The notes beneath the pieces were generated by a model. The model ran no database searches and was not told the DNA's origin. It saw nothing but the letters and a program-made list of their open reading frames with translations. Below, piece after piece: positions 12,041-21,252 of a stretch of 64,000 bases of DNA; position 1 is the stretch's first letter; the number at the start of each line of letters is the position of its first letter. The DNA comes from Lysobacterales bacterium (lineage in GTDB: Bacteria > Pseudomonadota > Gammaproteobacteria > Xanthomonadales > SZUA-5), in assembly GCA_050250665.1 (NCBI GenBank), contig JBFWOF010000025.1, positions 16,530 to 80,529 on the forward strand, written 5' to 3'. The translations under genes and the position numbers were made by a program.

Positions 12041-12961
12041 TCAGCGCGGTGGCAGCAGAAACTGCATCGGCACCTGCAACCGCGCCGACCAGGAATTCTC
12101 GCTGTGGTCGGTGCCGGGGTAATACAGGGTCAGCCAGTTGCTGCGGTCGTAGCCATGTCTGCGCATCAGGGCATCGGCGCGCTGCTGCAGCGGCGGGTAC
12201 CAGGCGTCCAGGGTCTGATCGCCGTAATCGAAATAGATCCGGTGCCTTGCCGGCGTCGGCAGCTGCGCGTCGAAATAGTCGAAGAAGGCCTGCTGCACTT
12301 CGGCATCGTTTCCCACCAGCGTGCCGACCCAGTGCGTGGACAGACAGGCTGCGGCGCCGAAGATCTCGGGGTATTCGGAGATCGCATACAGCGAGATCAG
12401 GCCACCCATGCTCGAACCCATCACCACGGTGCTGGCGGCTGAGCCATCGACGGCATAGCGGGCATCGATGCGCGGCTTCAGTTCGCTGACCAGAAAGCGC
12501 AGATAGTCATCCGAGTCCACCGGCCGCCCGAACAGCAGCTCGTTGCCGCGATCGATGCGGTAGAGCTCGGCCTGCTTGGCGGCGCTCAGGCGCTCGAAGG
12601 CCCTCTCGGGATACAGCTCCGAGTGACGCATGCTCGGGATGTTCCAGACCCCGACGATGATGAAGGGCCGGGTCTTGCCGCCGCGGATCAGCTCCGCGGC
12701 CACCTCGTCTGCACGCCACTCCTGGCCGTTCCAGGTGTGGGCCGGATCGAACAGCATCTGGCCATCGTGCATGTACAGCACCGCGTAGGGCGCCGCTGCG
12801 GGATAGCCATCGGGCAGCCAGACATCCACCGGGCGCGAGGGAATCAGCTCCGATTCGATCGGATCGAGACGCTCGATGCTGCCACTGCTGACCTGTGGCA
12901 GCGGCTGCGCCGAGGCCGCAGTCCAGACCATGCAGCAAACCAGCAGCCAGAATCCTTTCAT
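12041..12961 (-). CDS. Secreted alpha/beta hydrolase (putative esterase family)
   Basis: Signal peptide MKGFWLLVCCMVWTAASAQ; nucleophile elbow GSSMGG. Start taken at the internal Met at 12961. Confidence 0.8.
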   Translation of the reverse strand: MKGFWLLVCCMVWTAASAQPLPQVSSGSIERLDPIESELIPSRPVDVWLPDGYPAAAPYAVLYMHDGQMLFDPAHTWNGQEWRADEVAAELIRGGKTRPFIIVGVWNIPSMRHSELYPERAFERLSAAKQAELYRIDRGNELLFGRPVDSDDYLRFLVSELKPRIDARYAVDGSAASTVVMGSSMGGLISLYAISEYPEIFGAAACLSTHWVGTLVGNDAEVQQAFFDYFDAQLPTPARHRIYFDYGDQTLDAWYPPLQQRADALMRRHGYDRSNWLTLYYPGTDHSENSWSARLQVPMQFLLPPR

Positions 12962-13046
12962 GAGTGTGCCCCCGCGTGATGCCGTGAACATTGTACGAGG
13001 ACCGGTAATCCTGGCGGTGCGCTTATTCGCGCATCAAACCGTGGAA

Positions 13047-13126
13047 GTAGGTCACGTTGACCCGAAGGGTCTACGTGACAGCGGCGTCAGTCACGTAGAC
13101 CGCTTCGCGGCCAAGATGGCACCTAC
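13047..13126. repeat. REP-like pair (GTAGGTCACGTTG family)
   Basis: gtaggtcacgttgacccgaagggtctacgtgac ... tcacgtagaccgcttcgcggccaagatggcacctac; relatives at 18503-18620 and 63273-63307. Confidence 0.7.
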
Positions 13127-13337
13127 ATTAAAATCAGAGACTTGCGGCATTTTTGGTGAGCGCGGCTTCAGCCGCGACGCCCTGCTCGCTTGCCCCCGTG
13201 CTGCCGCAGCACCGCGGGTTACGCAGTCCGCGCCGCGGACAAGTGCCCTGTGACAACTCGTGCCCCTATCGCCAGCACCGGCGCTGCCACAGAATCAGAG
13301 TCCGCCCGCCTGGCCTCAACCCACTCGGCACCCAGCC

Positions 13338-14045
13338 ATGTTCAACCCCGATCCCCACATCCGCGAGCTGCCGATCATTCCCGGCCACAGCTGTTATGTG
13401 ATTGACCAGGTGCTGAGTGATCCGCAAGCCTGGGTCGAGCGCGCCTGCCAGCATCGTGAGGCTTTCGAAATGACCGGCCACAACGCCTATCCGGGCGTGG
13501 AACTGCGCATGCCGGATCTGATCTCCGAGCGTCTGGGCGAATTCTTCGCCCAGCACATCCGCAGCCGCCTCGGTGCCCGCCGCACCGAGCGCGTGCACAG
13601 CCGGCTGGCGCTGGTGACACTGCCGCCCGAGCAACTGCAGCCGCGCCAGTGGATCTGTCATCGAGATCGCATGGGCCTGGGCGAAAGCTATCGTATCGGC
13701 GCCTCGGTGCTGTACCTGTTCAAGGAACCGGCGCTAGGCGGCACCAACTTCTTCGTGCCGCGCCGACCGCCAGCCGAGATCGATCTGCTGGTGCACGAAT
13801 CGGGCACACTCAACGCCGATCAATTTGCCCGGAAATACGGGGTGGCGCGCGGCTATCTGACCCAATCAAATGACTGGTTCGAGAAGGTACTCAGCGTGCC
13901 GCCGGCGTGGAACCGCATGATCTTCTACGACGGCAGCCTGTTTCATTGCAGCGACATTCCGGCACCCGAACTGCTGAGCGCCGATCCGGCGCAGGGTCGT
14001 TTGACCTTGAACGGATTCTTCACCTGTACGCGGCGGGCCGGGTAG
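13338..14045 (+). CDS. Hypothetical protein with HxD...H pattern (possible 2OG-Fe(II) oxygenase-like fold)
   Basis: Start at MFNPDPHIRELPII; WICHRDRMG (HxD) and a distal SLFHCSDI histidine. Confidence 0.65.
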   Translation: MFNPDPHIRELPIIPGHSCYVIDQVLSDPQAWVERACQHREAFEMTGHNAYPGVELRMPDLISERLGEFFAQHIRSRLGARRTERVHSRLALVTLPPEQLQPRQWICHRDRMGLGESYRIGASVLYLFKEPALGGTNFFVPRRPPAEIDLLVHESGTLNADQFARKYGVARGYLTQSNDWFEKVLSVPPAWNRMIFYDGSLFHCSDIPAPELLSADPAQGRLTLNGFFTCTRRAG

Positions 14046-14385
14046 CTACGAGGGCAAGAGGGCGCCGTAATCCCGATGCCTCGGGGTCATCAGGGCGGAT
14101 CGGCCCGCCGCGTGTTGTTTGAGCCCACCCCGCAAGCCCTTGATGCGTCATTGCGAGCACCCGTATCGGTCCGACACGGCCCACGGGCCATGAACTCGCC
14201 TGCTGTGCGTAGCCTGGTGTGCCGCGCAGCGGCTCACCGGGGCTTGTGGCATCACCGCCCGGAGAGCGCTACGCGCACTTCGGGCTACAAAAGCCAGCTC
14301 TTGCCGGAATACAGGCGTGTTTCTCGATAGCTTCCCCCGGATCAAGTCGGGGTCGCAATGACGCCGATCCAGGTGTGCTCTGACC

Positions 14386-14413
14386 GACAACCAACAACCA
14401 ACAACCAACAACC
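14386..14413. repeat. Heptanucleotide tract, reverse complement of GGTTGTY, x4
   Basis: gacaaccaacaaccaacaaccaacaacc. Confidence 0.8.
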
Positions 14414-14498
14414 CCGCCCGATTCAGCCCGCAGCCAGACTCGGCGTGGTCAGATCAGGGTCGCAAGCTGATTCCCGATCCCCATGAGGTGAGGAAGGT

Positions 14499-15491
14499 AT
14501 GCGCCAGATTCTGATTGCTGTCGTGTTGCTATGGTCCTTGCCCTCGGTCGGGGCCCAGGCATCGGTGGATCTGCATGCCACGCCGGAAGTGGCTGCCAGC
14601 GAGCTGCCGGACAGCCGGCCCATCGATACGCGTTTGAAGATGCTCGAGGCGCTGCGCCGCAATGACAGCGCCGCCTATCTGGAGAGCATCGATCCGCGCG
14701 CATTGGAAGCCTTTCTCACCGAAGACCTCGGGACGACGCCGGCCGAGGTGGCCGAGAAGATCGCCGAAGGTCCGCAATCGGACAGCGAACAGGAGTTCGT
14801 CGACACCTGGGCCCTGCTGATCCAGCCCGATGGCATCGCCCGCACCAGCGCGCTGTGGTACCCGAGCTGGCAGGCCTATGTGCCACAGGCGCTGGCCAAC
14901 GCCCAGATGGGGCTGGTCGCCCTCGGCGAACAAGTCGCCAGCAGCACCAGTCTGAGCCCACTGGAGCGCATGCAGCTGACCGAGTTGCAGTGGGCGCTGA
15001 CCGGCTGGATGGCGCGTACCGATTTCGCCGATCGCAAGCACTTCGAACAGGTGCTGACGCTGGCTCGCGACTGGCTGCTCTCCACCGGCGCCAGGCACCC
15101 GCTGGAGCTGACCCTGGCCGGACCGGAGAAGCGCCTGCGACTGGCCGATCAGGCGCTGCGCTCGGCCAAGCAGGCGGTGGCCATCTACGGCCTGGATGCT
15201 GACCAGATCCTGGCGAGCGTGCGCATCAGCGAGCAGCCCATCGATGCCAGGACCACGCTGGTGCGAACCTCCCTGAGCATCCTCGACGTGCCGATCAGCT
15301 TCGAGGAAAAGCTGGTCTGGGTGGAAGGCCAATGGCGCGACGCCGATATCTACAGCCGCAGTCTGGATGACAGCGCCGACATCGATGCCGAGGCCGAGGC
15401 CTCGGTCGACGGCGCCCTGGGCCCGGATCCGGTCTTCGACGAAGCACTGCCGGCCGAGCGCATCGACAAGCCCGGCTGTCACGTCGATTGA
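14499..15491 (+). CDS. Secreted protein of unknown function
   Basis: GAGGTGAGGAAGG upstream of the ATG; signal peptide MRQILIAVVLLWSLPSVGAQA. Confidence 0.7.
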   Translation: MRQILIAVVLLWSLPSVGAQASVDLHATPEVAASELPDSRPIDTRLKMLEALRRNDSAAYLESIDPRALEAFLTEDLGTTPAEVAEKIAEGPQSDSEQEFVDTWALLIQPDGIARTSALWYPSWQAYVPQALANAQMGLVALGEQVASSTSLSPLERMQLTELQWALTGWMARTDFADRKHFEQVLTLARDWLLSTGARHPLELTLAGPEKRLRLADQALRSAKQAVAIYGLDADQILASVRISEQPIDARTTLVRTSLSILDVPISFEEKLVWVEGQWRDADIYSRSLDDSADIDAEAEASVDGALGPDPVFDEALPAERIDKPGCHVD

Positions 15492-15520
15492 GACCTCCGG
15501 CTGCGTTGCTGTCACGCGCC

Positions 15521-16172
15521 GTTGTAGGAGCGACCTTGTGTCGCGACCGCCAAAACCGGGACTTGCGGCCAACGGATGCCAGAAGCCGGACGCAGAGAAC
15601 GCTGAGGAAAAGCTGAGAGGACGCAGAGAAAACCCGAGACCAGGGTCGATCAGCTCCTCTCCGTGTACTCCGCGCCTCTCCGCGTTCTCCGCGTTGAAGA
15701 TCTTGCCCGCACGTAGCCGGGAGTCTGCGCCGCCGTCCAGGTGAGAGCGCACGAGCGCGCCGGCTTACCCGGGCTACCTCGCTGGCTTCAGTAGGTCCAG
15801 ACTTGTCTGGACGCTCTTGATCAGCAGCAGAAGAAGCGTCCAGACCAGTCTGGACCTACCGCAGCTGCTGCTCGCCGTTGTAGGAGCGACCTTGTGTCGC
15901 GACCGCCAAAACCGGGACTTGCAGTCAACTGATGCCAGCAGCCGGACACAGAGAACGCTGAGGAAAAGCTGAGAGGACGCAGAGAAAACCCGAGACCAGG
16001 GTCGATCAGCTCCTCTCCGTGTACTCAGCGCCTCTCCGCGTTCTCCGCGCCTCTCTGCGTTCTCCGCGTTGAAGATCTTGCCCGCACGCGGCCCGGCGTT
16101 TGCGCTGCCGTCCAGGTGAGAGGGCACGAGCGCGCCGGATTCCCGGGTGCGCCTTCGGCTTACCCGGGCTAC
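15521..16172. repeat. Tandem duplication of a composite repeat (copy 1 15521-15776, copy 2 15877-16172) separated by a GTCCAGAC-type REP pair (15790-15860)
   Basis: Both copies start gttgtaggagcgaccttgtgtcgcgaccgccaaaaccgggacttgc and run through gacgcagagaaaacccgagaccagggtcgatcagctcctctccgtgtac to cttacccgggctac. Confidence 0.8.
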
Positions 16173-16275
16173 GTGGCGACCCAGCGTTGTATTCGATTGC
16201 ATCGCCGTCAGCTGTGCCCCGATGGGGCGGCGGCTGTCCTAACATCGGCCGACCGGCTGGGAGGCAGGATGCGTG

Positions 16276-16514
16276 ATCCTGGAATCCTCAGTTGACCGCT
16301 TTTCGGCACCCATAGCACGTCATTTCTTTTAGGGCTCTTGAGATGCTGCGCCGTCACCCATCAGGTGTGTTCGCTACGGGGCAGATTGCACGCTTTTGGG
16401 GGCGCATGGCTGCGTTGCAACTCGTCGGAATAGCTCGCTATTCCTCCTCATTGCGCCTTGCCCTACACCCCCAAAACCGCACACTCTACCCCGTCCAACT
16501 GAGGATTCCAGGAT
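16276..16514. promoter_or_regulatory. 19-bp perfect inverted repeat bracketing a 201-bp segment; the right arm covers the SD and the first 2 nt of the GH13 start codon
   Basis: Left arm atcctggaatcctcagttg (16276-16294); right arm caactgaggattccaggat (16496-16514). Confidence 0.7.
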
Positions 16515-18429
16515 GATGGGCAATCGACTGGGGGCGCTGGCAGGCGTCTTGATACTGGGTCTGGCGGGCTGTCATCAGACGCTGCAGCCGCCAACGATGC
16601 GGGCCGAGCCTGAAAGCCCGGCGCCAGCACTGCGCACCGAGCTGCCGGCCATCAGCGGCAAGCCGGTGGTCTATCAGGTGTTCACCCGGCTCTACGGCAA
16701 TCGTGTCAGCCGCAACAAGCCCTGGGGCAGCATCGCCGAGAATGGGGTCGGCAAGTTCGCCGATTTCGATGCCGCGGCGCTGGCCAGCATCAGGGCGCTG
16801 GGCACCACCCATCTGTGGTTCACCGGCGTGCCGCGGCATGCCTCGGTGGGCGACTACTCGGCATACGGCATCCCGGCGGACGATCCGGACGTGGTCAAGG
16901 GTCGCGCCGGTTCGCCCTACGCCATCACCGACTACTACGATGTCGATCCGGATCTGGCCACGGACCCGGCCCGGCGGCTGGCCGAATTCCAGGCGCTGAT
17001 CGCGCGTACCCATGCCGCCGGCATGCGCGTGGTCATCGACATCGTGCCCAACCACGTGGCGCGCGGCTATCACTCCATCGCCAGGCCCGACGGAGTCGAG
17101 GATTTCGGCGCCAGCGATGATCGCAGCGTGGAGTACGCCCGCGACAACAATTTCTACTACGTGCCGGGTCAGCCCTTCCGCGTGCCCGAATGGCCAGCCG
17201 ACTATCGACCGCTGGGTGGCGAAGCCCATCCGCTGGTCGATGGCAAGTTCGATGAGATTCCGGCCAAGTGGACCGGCAATGGCTCGCGCGCGCCACAACC
17301 CAGATTTGATGACTGGTACGAGACGGTCAAGATCAACTTCGGCGTGCGGCCCGATGGCAGCCACGACTTCGATGCGCTGCCGCCCGAGTACGCGCAGCGC
17401 GATCTGGCCGAGCATTACGCCTTCTGGGAAGGGCGCCCGGTGCCCTCGTCGTGGATCAAGTTCCGGCAGATCGCCGAGTACTGGCAGGCCATGGGCGTGG
17501 ACGGCTTTCGCTATGACATGGCCGAGATGGTGCCGGTGGAGTTCTGGAGTTATCTGAACTCGGCGATCAAGCGTCGCAATCCCGACGCTTTCCTGCTGGC
17601 CGAGGTCTACAACCCGGCCGAGTACCGCAATTATCTGCGCCTAGGGCGCATGGATTATCTCTACGACAAGGTCGATTTCTACGACAGTCTCAAACGGGTC
17701 ATGCAGGATCGTGGCGGTACCGTTGTGCTGGCCGAGATCCAGGACCGTTTCGTCGACATCGACCAGCATCTGCTGCACTTTCTGGAGAACCACGACGAGC
17801 AGCGCATCGCCAGCCCGCCCTTCGCCGGCAATGCCGAGCTCGGGCGCCCGGCGATGCTGGTCTCGGCCACGATCAATCGCGGCCCGGCGATGCTCTATTT
17901 CGCCCAGGAGCTGGGCGAGCCCGGCGCCGGCGACGCCGGTTTCGGCAAGGCCAGTCGCACCAGCATCTTTGATTACTGGGGCGTGCCGACTCAGCAGCGC
18001 TGGAACAACGATGGCGCTTTCGACGGCGCTGCCTCCACCCCGGCCGAACGCAGCCTGCGCGACTACTACGCCCGACTGTTGAGCTTTGTGGCCGCCAGCC
18101 CGGCCATGCGCGGCGCCTACGCCGAGATCCACCGGGTCAATCGCGAGCTGACGCCAGGCTACGACGATCGGGTGTTTGCCTACGCCCGCTGGAGTGCCGA
18201 CCAGCGCCTGCTGGTGATCGCCAATTTCCGCGCCGACCGCAGCTATCAGTTCAATCTGGAGATTCCCCTCGACATCGTCGCCAACTGGCATCTGGACAGC
18301 GGCACGCACACCCTGGTGGAACAATTGGGTAGCGAGCTGCGAGTCCCGATGGTGGTCTCGCCGACCGGAGCCTCGGTGCCGATCACCTTGCCGCCGCTGG
18401 CGGCCTACCTGTTCGAGGTGCAGCCATGA
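16513..18429 (+). CDS. Alpha-amylase family (GH13) lipoprotein
   Basis: Start MMGNRLGALAGVLILGLAGC (lipobox LAGC) with GAGGA upstream; GH13 regions GFRYDMAEMV and LENHDEQR. Confidence 0.9.
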   Translation: MMGNRLGALAGVLILGLAGCHQTLQPPTMRAEPESPAPALRTELPAISGKPVVYQVFTRLYGNRVSRNKPWGSIAENGVGKFADFDAAALASIRALGTTHLWFTGVPRHASVGDYSAYGIPADDPDVVKGRAGSPYAITDYYDVDPDLATDPARRLAEFQALIARTHAAGMRVVIDIVPNHVARGYHSIARPDGVEDFGASDDRSVEYARDNNFYYVPGQPFRVPEWPADYRPLGGEAHPLVDGKFDEIPAKWTGNGSRAPQPRFDDWYETVKINFGVRPDGSHDFDALPPEYAQRDLAEHYAFWEGRPVPSSWIKFRQIAEYWQAMGVDGFRYDMAEMVPVEFWSYLNSAIKRRNPDAFLLAEVYNPAEYRNYLRLGRMDYLYDKVDFYDSLKRVMQDRGGTVVLAEIQDRFVDIDQHLLHFLENHDEQRIASPPFAGNAELGRPAMLVSATINRGPAMLYFAQELGEPGAGDAGFGKASRTSIFDYWGVPTQQRWNNDGAFDGAASTPAERSLRDYYARLLSFVAASPAMRGAYAEIHRVNRELTPGYDDRVFAYARWSADQRLLVIANFRADRSYQFNLEIPLDIVANWHLDSGTHTLVEQLGSELRVPMVVSPTGASVPITLPPLAAYLFEVQP

Positions 18430-18502
18430 GTAGTCCGCTCAAGTCGCGCTGGCAGGCGGAGTCGCAGGGCTCAGCCCGAAGGCCAGCCTCAGGCCAGATC
18501 GC

Positions 18503-18620
18503 GTCACGTAGGCCGCTGCGCGGCCAACGTGACCTACGACGAATCGAAACGCCGGGACTGGGCGGAGCACCATCCGCCCACATCGACGTAGGTCACGTTG
18601 TCCCGCAGGGACTACGTGAC
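18503..18620. repeat. REP-like pair (GTAGGTCACG family) in the GH13-GH31 junction
   Basis: gtcacgtaggccgctgcgcggccaacgtgacctac and cgtaggtcacgttgtcccgcagggactacgtgac. Confidence 0.7.
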
Positions 18621-18647
18621 ATCGCCCAGCATCATCGGGCCCGCTGC

Positions 18648-21059
18648 GTGGCCAATCTTCGCTCCGTTGCCGCGCTGCTCCTTCTGCTGCTGTCGTTCTC
18701 CGCATCCGCCGCGGATTACCTAAGCCACCAGCAATCCGGCAACAGCCTCCATATCCAGACCAGCGAAGGCGCGCTGACCCTGACCTTCCAGCAGCCCGGC
18801 GCCATCGAAGCCCATTACCAGCCCACCGGCGTCAAGCAGCTGCCGTCCTACAGCATCGCCGCCGCGCCGCCGCCGCTGACCACGGCGATCAGCGAGAGCG
18901 CCAGCCAGCTGGTGTTTGCCAGCACCGAACTGGAAGCGCGCATCGACAAGAAGCCGCTGCGCATCAGCTACTACCGCAAGGGCGAGCTGCTGCTGGCCGA
19001 AGAGAAAGGCGCCTACGCCTTCGAGACCACCCGCGGCTTCCGTTTCCATCTGGATCCGGACGAGAAGCTGATGGGCACCGGCGAGCGCGTGCTCGGCATG
19101 AACCGGCGCGGCCATCGGCTGCCGCTCTACAACAAGCCGCACTATGGCTACACCACCGAATCCGAGCAGATGTACTTCAGCCTGCCGGTGGTGATGTCCA
19201 GCCACAAGTACCTGCTGGTCTTCGACAACTCCGCCAGCGGCAGCGTCGATCTCGGCAAGACCGATCCAGACATCCTCGAATTCCAGGCGGTGGCCGGGCG
19301 TCTGAGCTATCTGCTGTTCGCCGGTGACAGCTACCCGGAACTGATCCACAACTATGTGCGCGTCACCGGCACCCAGCCGCTGCCGCCGCGCTGGGCCTTC
19401 GGCAATTACGCCTCGCGTTTCGGCTATCGCAGCGAGGCCGAGGTGCGCGAGGTGGTGGCGAAATTCCAGCAGGCGGATATCCCGCTGGACGCGGTGGTCA
19501 TCGATCTGTACTGGTTCGGCAAGGACATTCAGGGTCACCTCGGCAAGCTCGACTGGGACCGCGAGAGCTTCCCCAATGCAGAGCAGATGCTGGCTGATCT
19601 GAGCGCACAGGGCATCAAGACCATTCTGGTCACCGAGCCCTTCATCCTGACCACCTCCACGCGCTGGCAGGAAGCCGTGGCTGCCGGCGTGCTGGCCCTG
19701 AACGTGGCCGGCAAGCCCAAGACCTACGACTTCTATTTCGGCAACACCGGGCTGATCGACGTGTTCAAGCCGGAAGCCGCGACCTGGTTCTGGAACATCT
19801 ACGCCGGCCTGATGCGCCAGGGCGTGGCTGGCTGGTGGGGTGATCTCGGTGAGCCCGAAGTGCATCCGGCCGATACCATCCACGTCAACGGCACCGCCGA
19901 GGAAGTGCACAACGCCTACGGTCACAATTGGGCCCGGCTGCTGTACGAGAATCATGTGGCCACCTACCCGGAGCGGCGACCCTTCATCATGATGCGTGCC
20001 GGTGCGCCGGGCTCGCAGCGCTACGGGATGATCCCGTGGACCGGCGATGTCGAGCGCAGCTGGGGTGGTCTGAAGCCGCAGGTCGAGCTGGCGCTGCAGA
20101 TGAGCCTGCTCGGCATGGCCTATACCCACTCCGATCTGGGCGGCTTTGCCGGTGGCGAGAGTTTCGATGCCGATCTCTATCTGCGCTGGCTGCAGTACGG
20201 CGTGTTCCAGCCGGTGTTCCGACCACATGCGCAGGATCACATCGCCTCCGAGCCGGTGTTCCACGACGCCCAGACGGTGGCGCTGGCGCGCGATGCCATC
20301 CGCCTGCGCTATCGATTGCTGCCCTATCTGTACACGCTGGCCTGGGAGAACAGCCGCAGCGGCATGCCGCTGATGCGCCCGCTGTTTTTCGGCGACGAAA
20401 GCGACGCCAGCCTGATCGACCGCAGCGACGCCTACTACTGGGGCGATGCCTTTCTGGTGGCGCCGATCACCGATCCGGGGCAGATGAGCAAGAGCGTGGA
20501 CTTGCCCCGCGGCGTCTGGTTCGATTTCTGGTCGGATGCGCGCCACGAGGGCGGGAAGACCGCGACCATTGCGGTGTCCTCGGCCACCATCCCGGTGCTG
20601 GTGCGGGCCGGTGCCTTCATTCCCATGGTGGCGCCTTTCGCCAACACCGGGCAGTACACGACCGAACAGCTGGAACTGCACTATTACGCCGATGCCAGCG
20701 TCAGCAGCGCCAGCGGCCAGATGTACGATGACGATGGCCACAGTCGATTGGCGCCGGACAATGGCCACAACGAGTTGCTGAGTTTCTCGGCCATTCAGCA
20801 GGATGGCAGCCTGAGCATCGAGCTCAAGCGCAAGGGCGGCGACTACCCCGGAAAGCCCGCCGTTCGGCAAATGCAGTTGGTGGTGCATGGCTGGAAGAGC
20901 GCGCCGCAGGCGCTGACCGCAGGCAGCGAAACCCTGGTCCTGGGCAATCAGACTGAGTGGGAATCGGGCGAGGCCCGTGCCTGGCACGACAACGCCAGTG
21001 GGCAGGTGTACCTGCGCTTCCCGTGGGGAGCGGACGCAGTGCGGGTGGAGCTGCGCTAG
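18648..21059 (+). CDS. GH31 alpha-glucosidase, secreted
   Basis: WWGDLGEPE and MIPWTGDV regions. Start proposed at GTG 18648, giving the signal peptide (M)ANLRSVAALLLLLLSFSASA. The listed ATG at 18426 would translate through two REP units. Confidence 0.85.
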   Translation: MANLRSVAALLLLLLSFSASAADYLSHQQSGNSLHIQTSEGALTLTFQQPGAIEAHYQPTGVKQLPSYSIAAAPPPLTTAISESASQLVFASTELEARIDKKPLRISYYRKGELLLAEEKGAYAFETTRGFRFHLDPDEKLMGTGERVLGMNRRGHRLPLYNKPHYGYTTESEQMYFSLPVVMSSHKYLLVFDNSASGSVDLGKTDPDILEFQAVAGRLSYLLFAGDSYPELIHNYVRVTGTQPLPPRWAFGNYASRFGYRSEAEVREVVAKFQQADIPLDAVVIDLYWFGKDIQGHLGKLDWDRESFPNAEQMLADLSAQGIKTILVTEPFILTTSTRWQEAVAAGVLALNVAGKPKTYDFYFGNTGLIDVFKPEAATWFWNIYAGLMRQGVAGWWGDLGEPEVHPADTIHVNGTAEEVHNAYGHNWARLLYENHVATYPERRPFIMMRAGAPGSQRYGMIPWTGDVERSWGGLKPQVELALQMSLLGMAYTHSDLGGFAGGESFDADLYLRWLQYGVFQPVFRPHAQDHIASEPVFHDAQTVALARDAIRLRYRLLPYLYTLAWENSRSGMPLMRPLFFGDESDASLIDRSDAYYWGDAFLVAPITDPGQMSKSVDLPRGVWFDFWSDARHEGGKTATIAVSSATIPVLVRAGAFIPMVAPFANTGQYTTEQLELHYYADASVSSASGQMYDDDGHSRLAPDNGHNELLSFSAIQQDGSLSIELKRKGGDYPGKPAVRQMQLVVHGWKSAPQALTAGSETLVLGNQTEWESGEARAWHDNASGQVYLRFPWGADAVRVELR

Positions 21060-21132
21060 TACCAACGCGGTTGCAAGTCCAGAGCTCTCGTAGGTCCAGA
21101 CTTGTCTGGACGCTTTTCCAACCTCCACCCGG

Positions 21133-21218
21133 CGTCATTGCGAGGAACGTAGTGACGAAGCAATCCAGGAACTCGCGACCCCGCTTCTGGATTGCTTCGC
21201 TCCGCTCGCAATGACGCC
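21133..21218. repeat. Composite palindromic repeat (CGTCATTGCGAGG...GCAATCC / GGATTGC...GCAATGACG family)
   Basis: cgtcattgcgaggaacgtagtgacgaagcaatccagg ... ctggattgcttcgctccgctcgcaatgacgcc; relatives at 30209-30306, 44267-44362, 35733-35776 and 14325-14365. Confidence 0.75.
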
Positions 21219-21252
21219 AGTTCGAGCTTGCCCTGCTCTGGCCGCGACCCAC

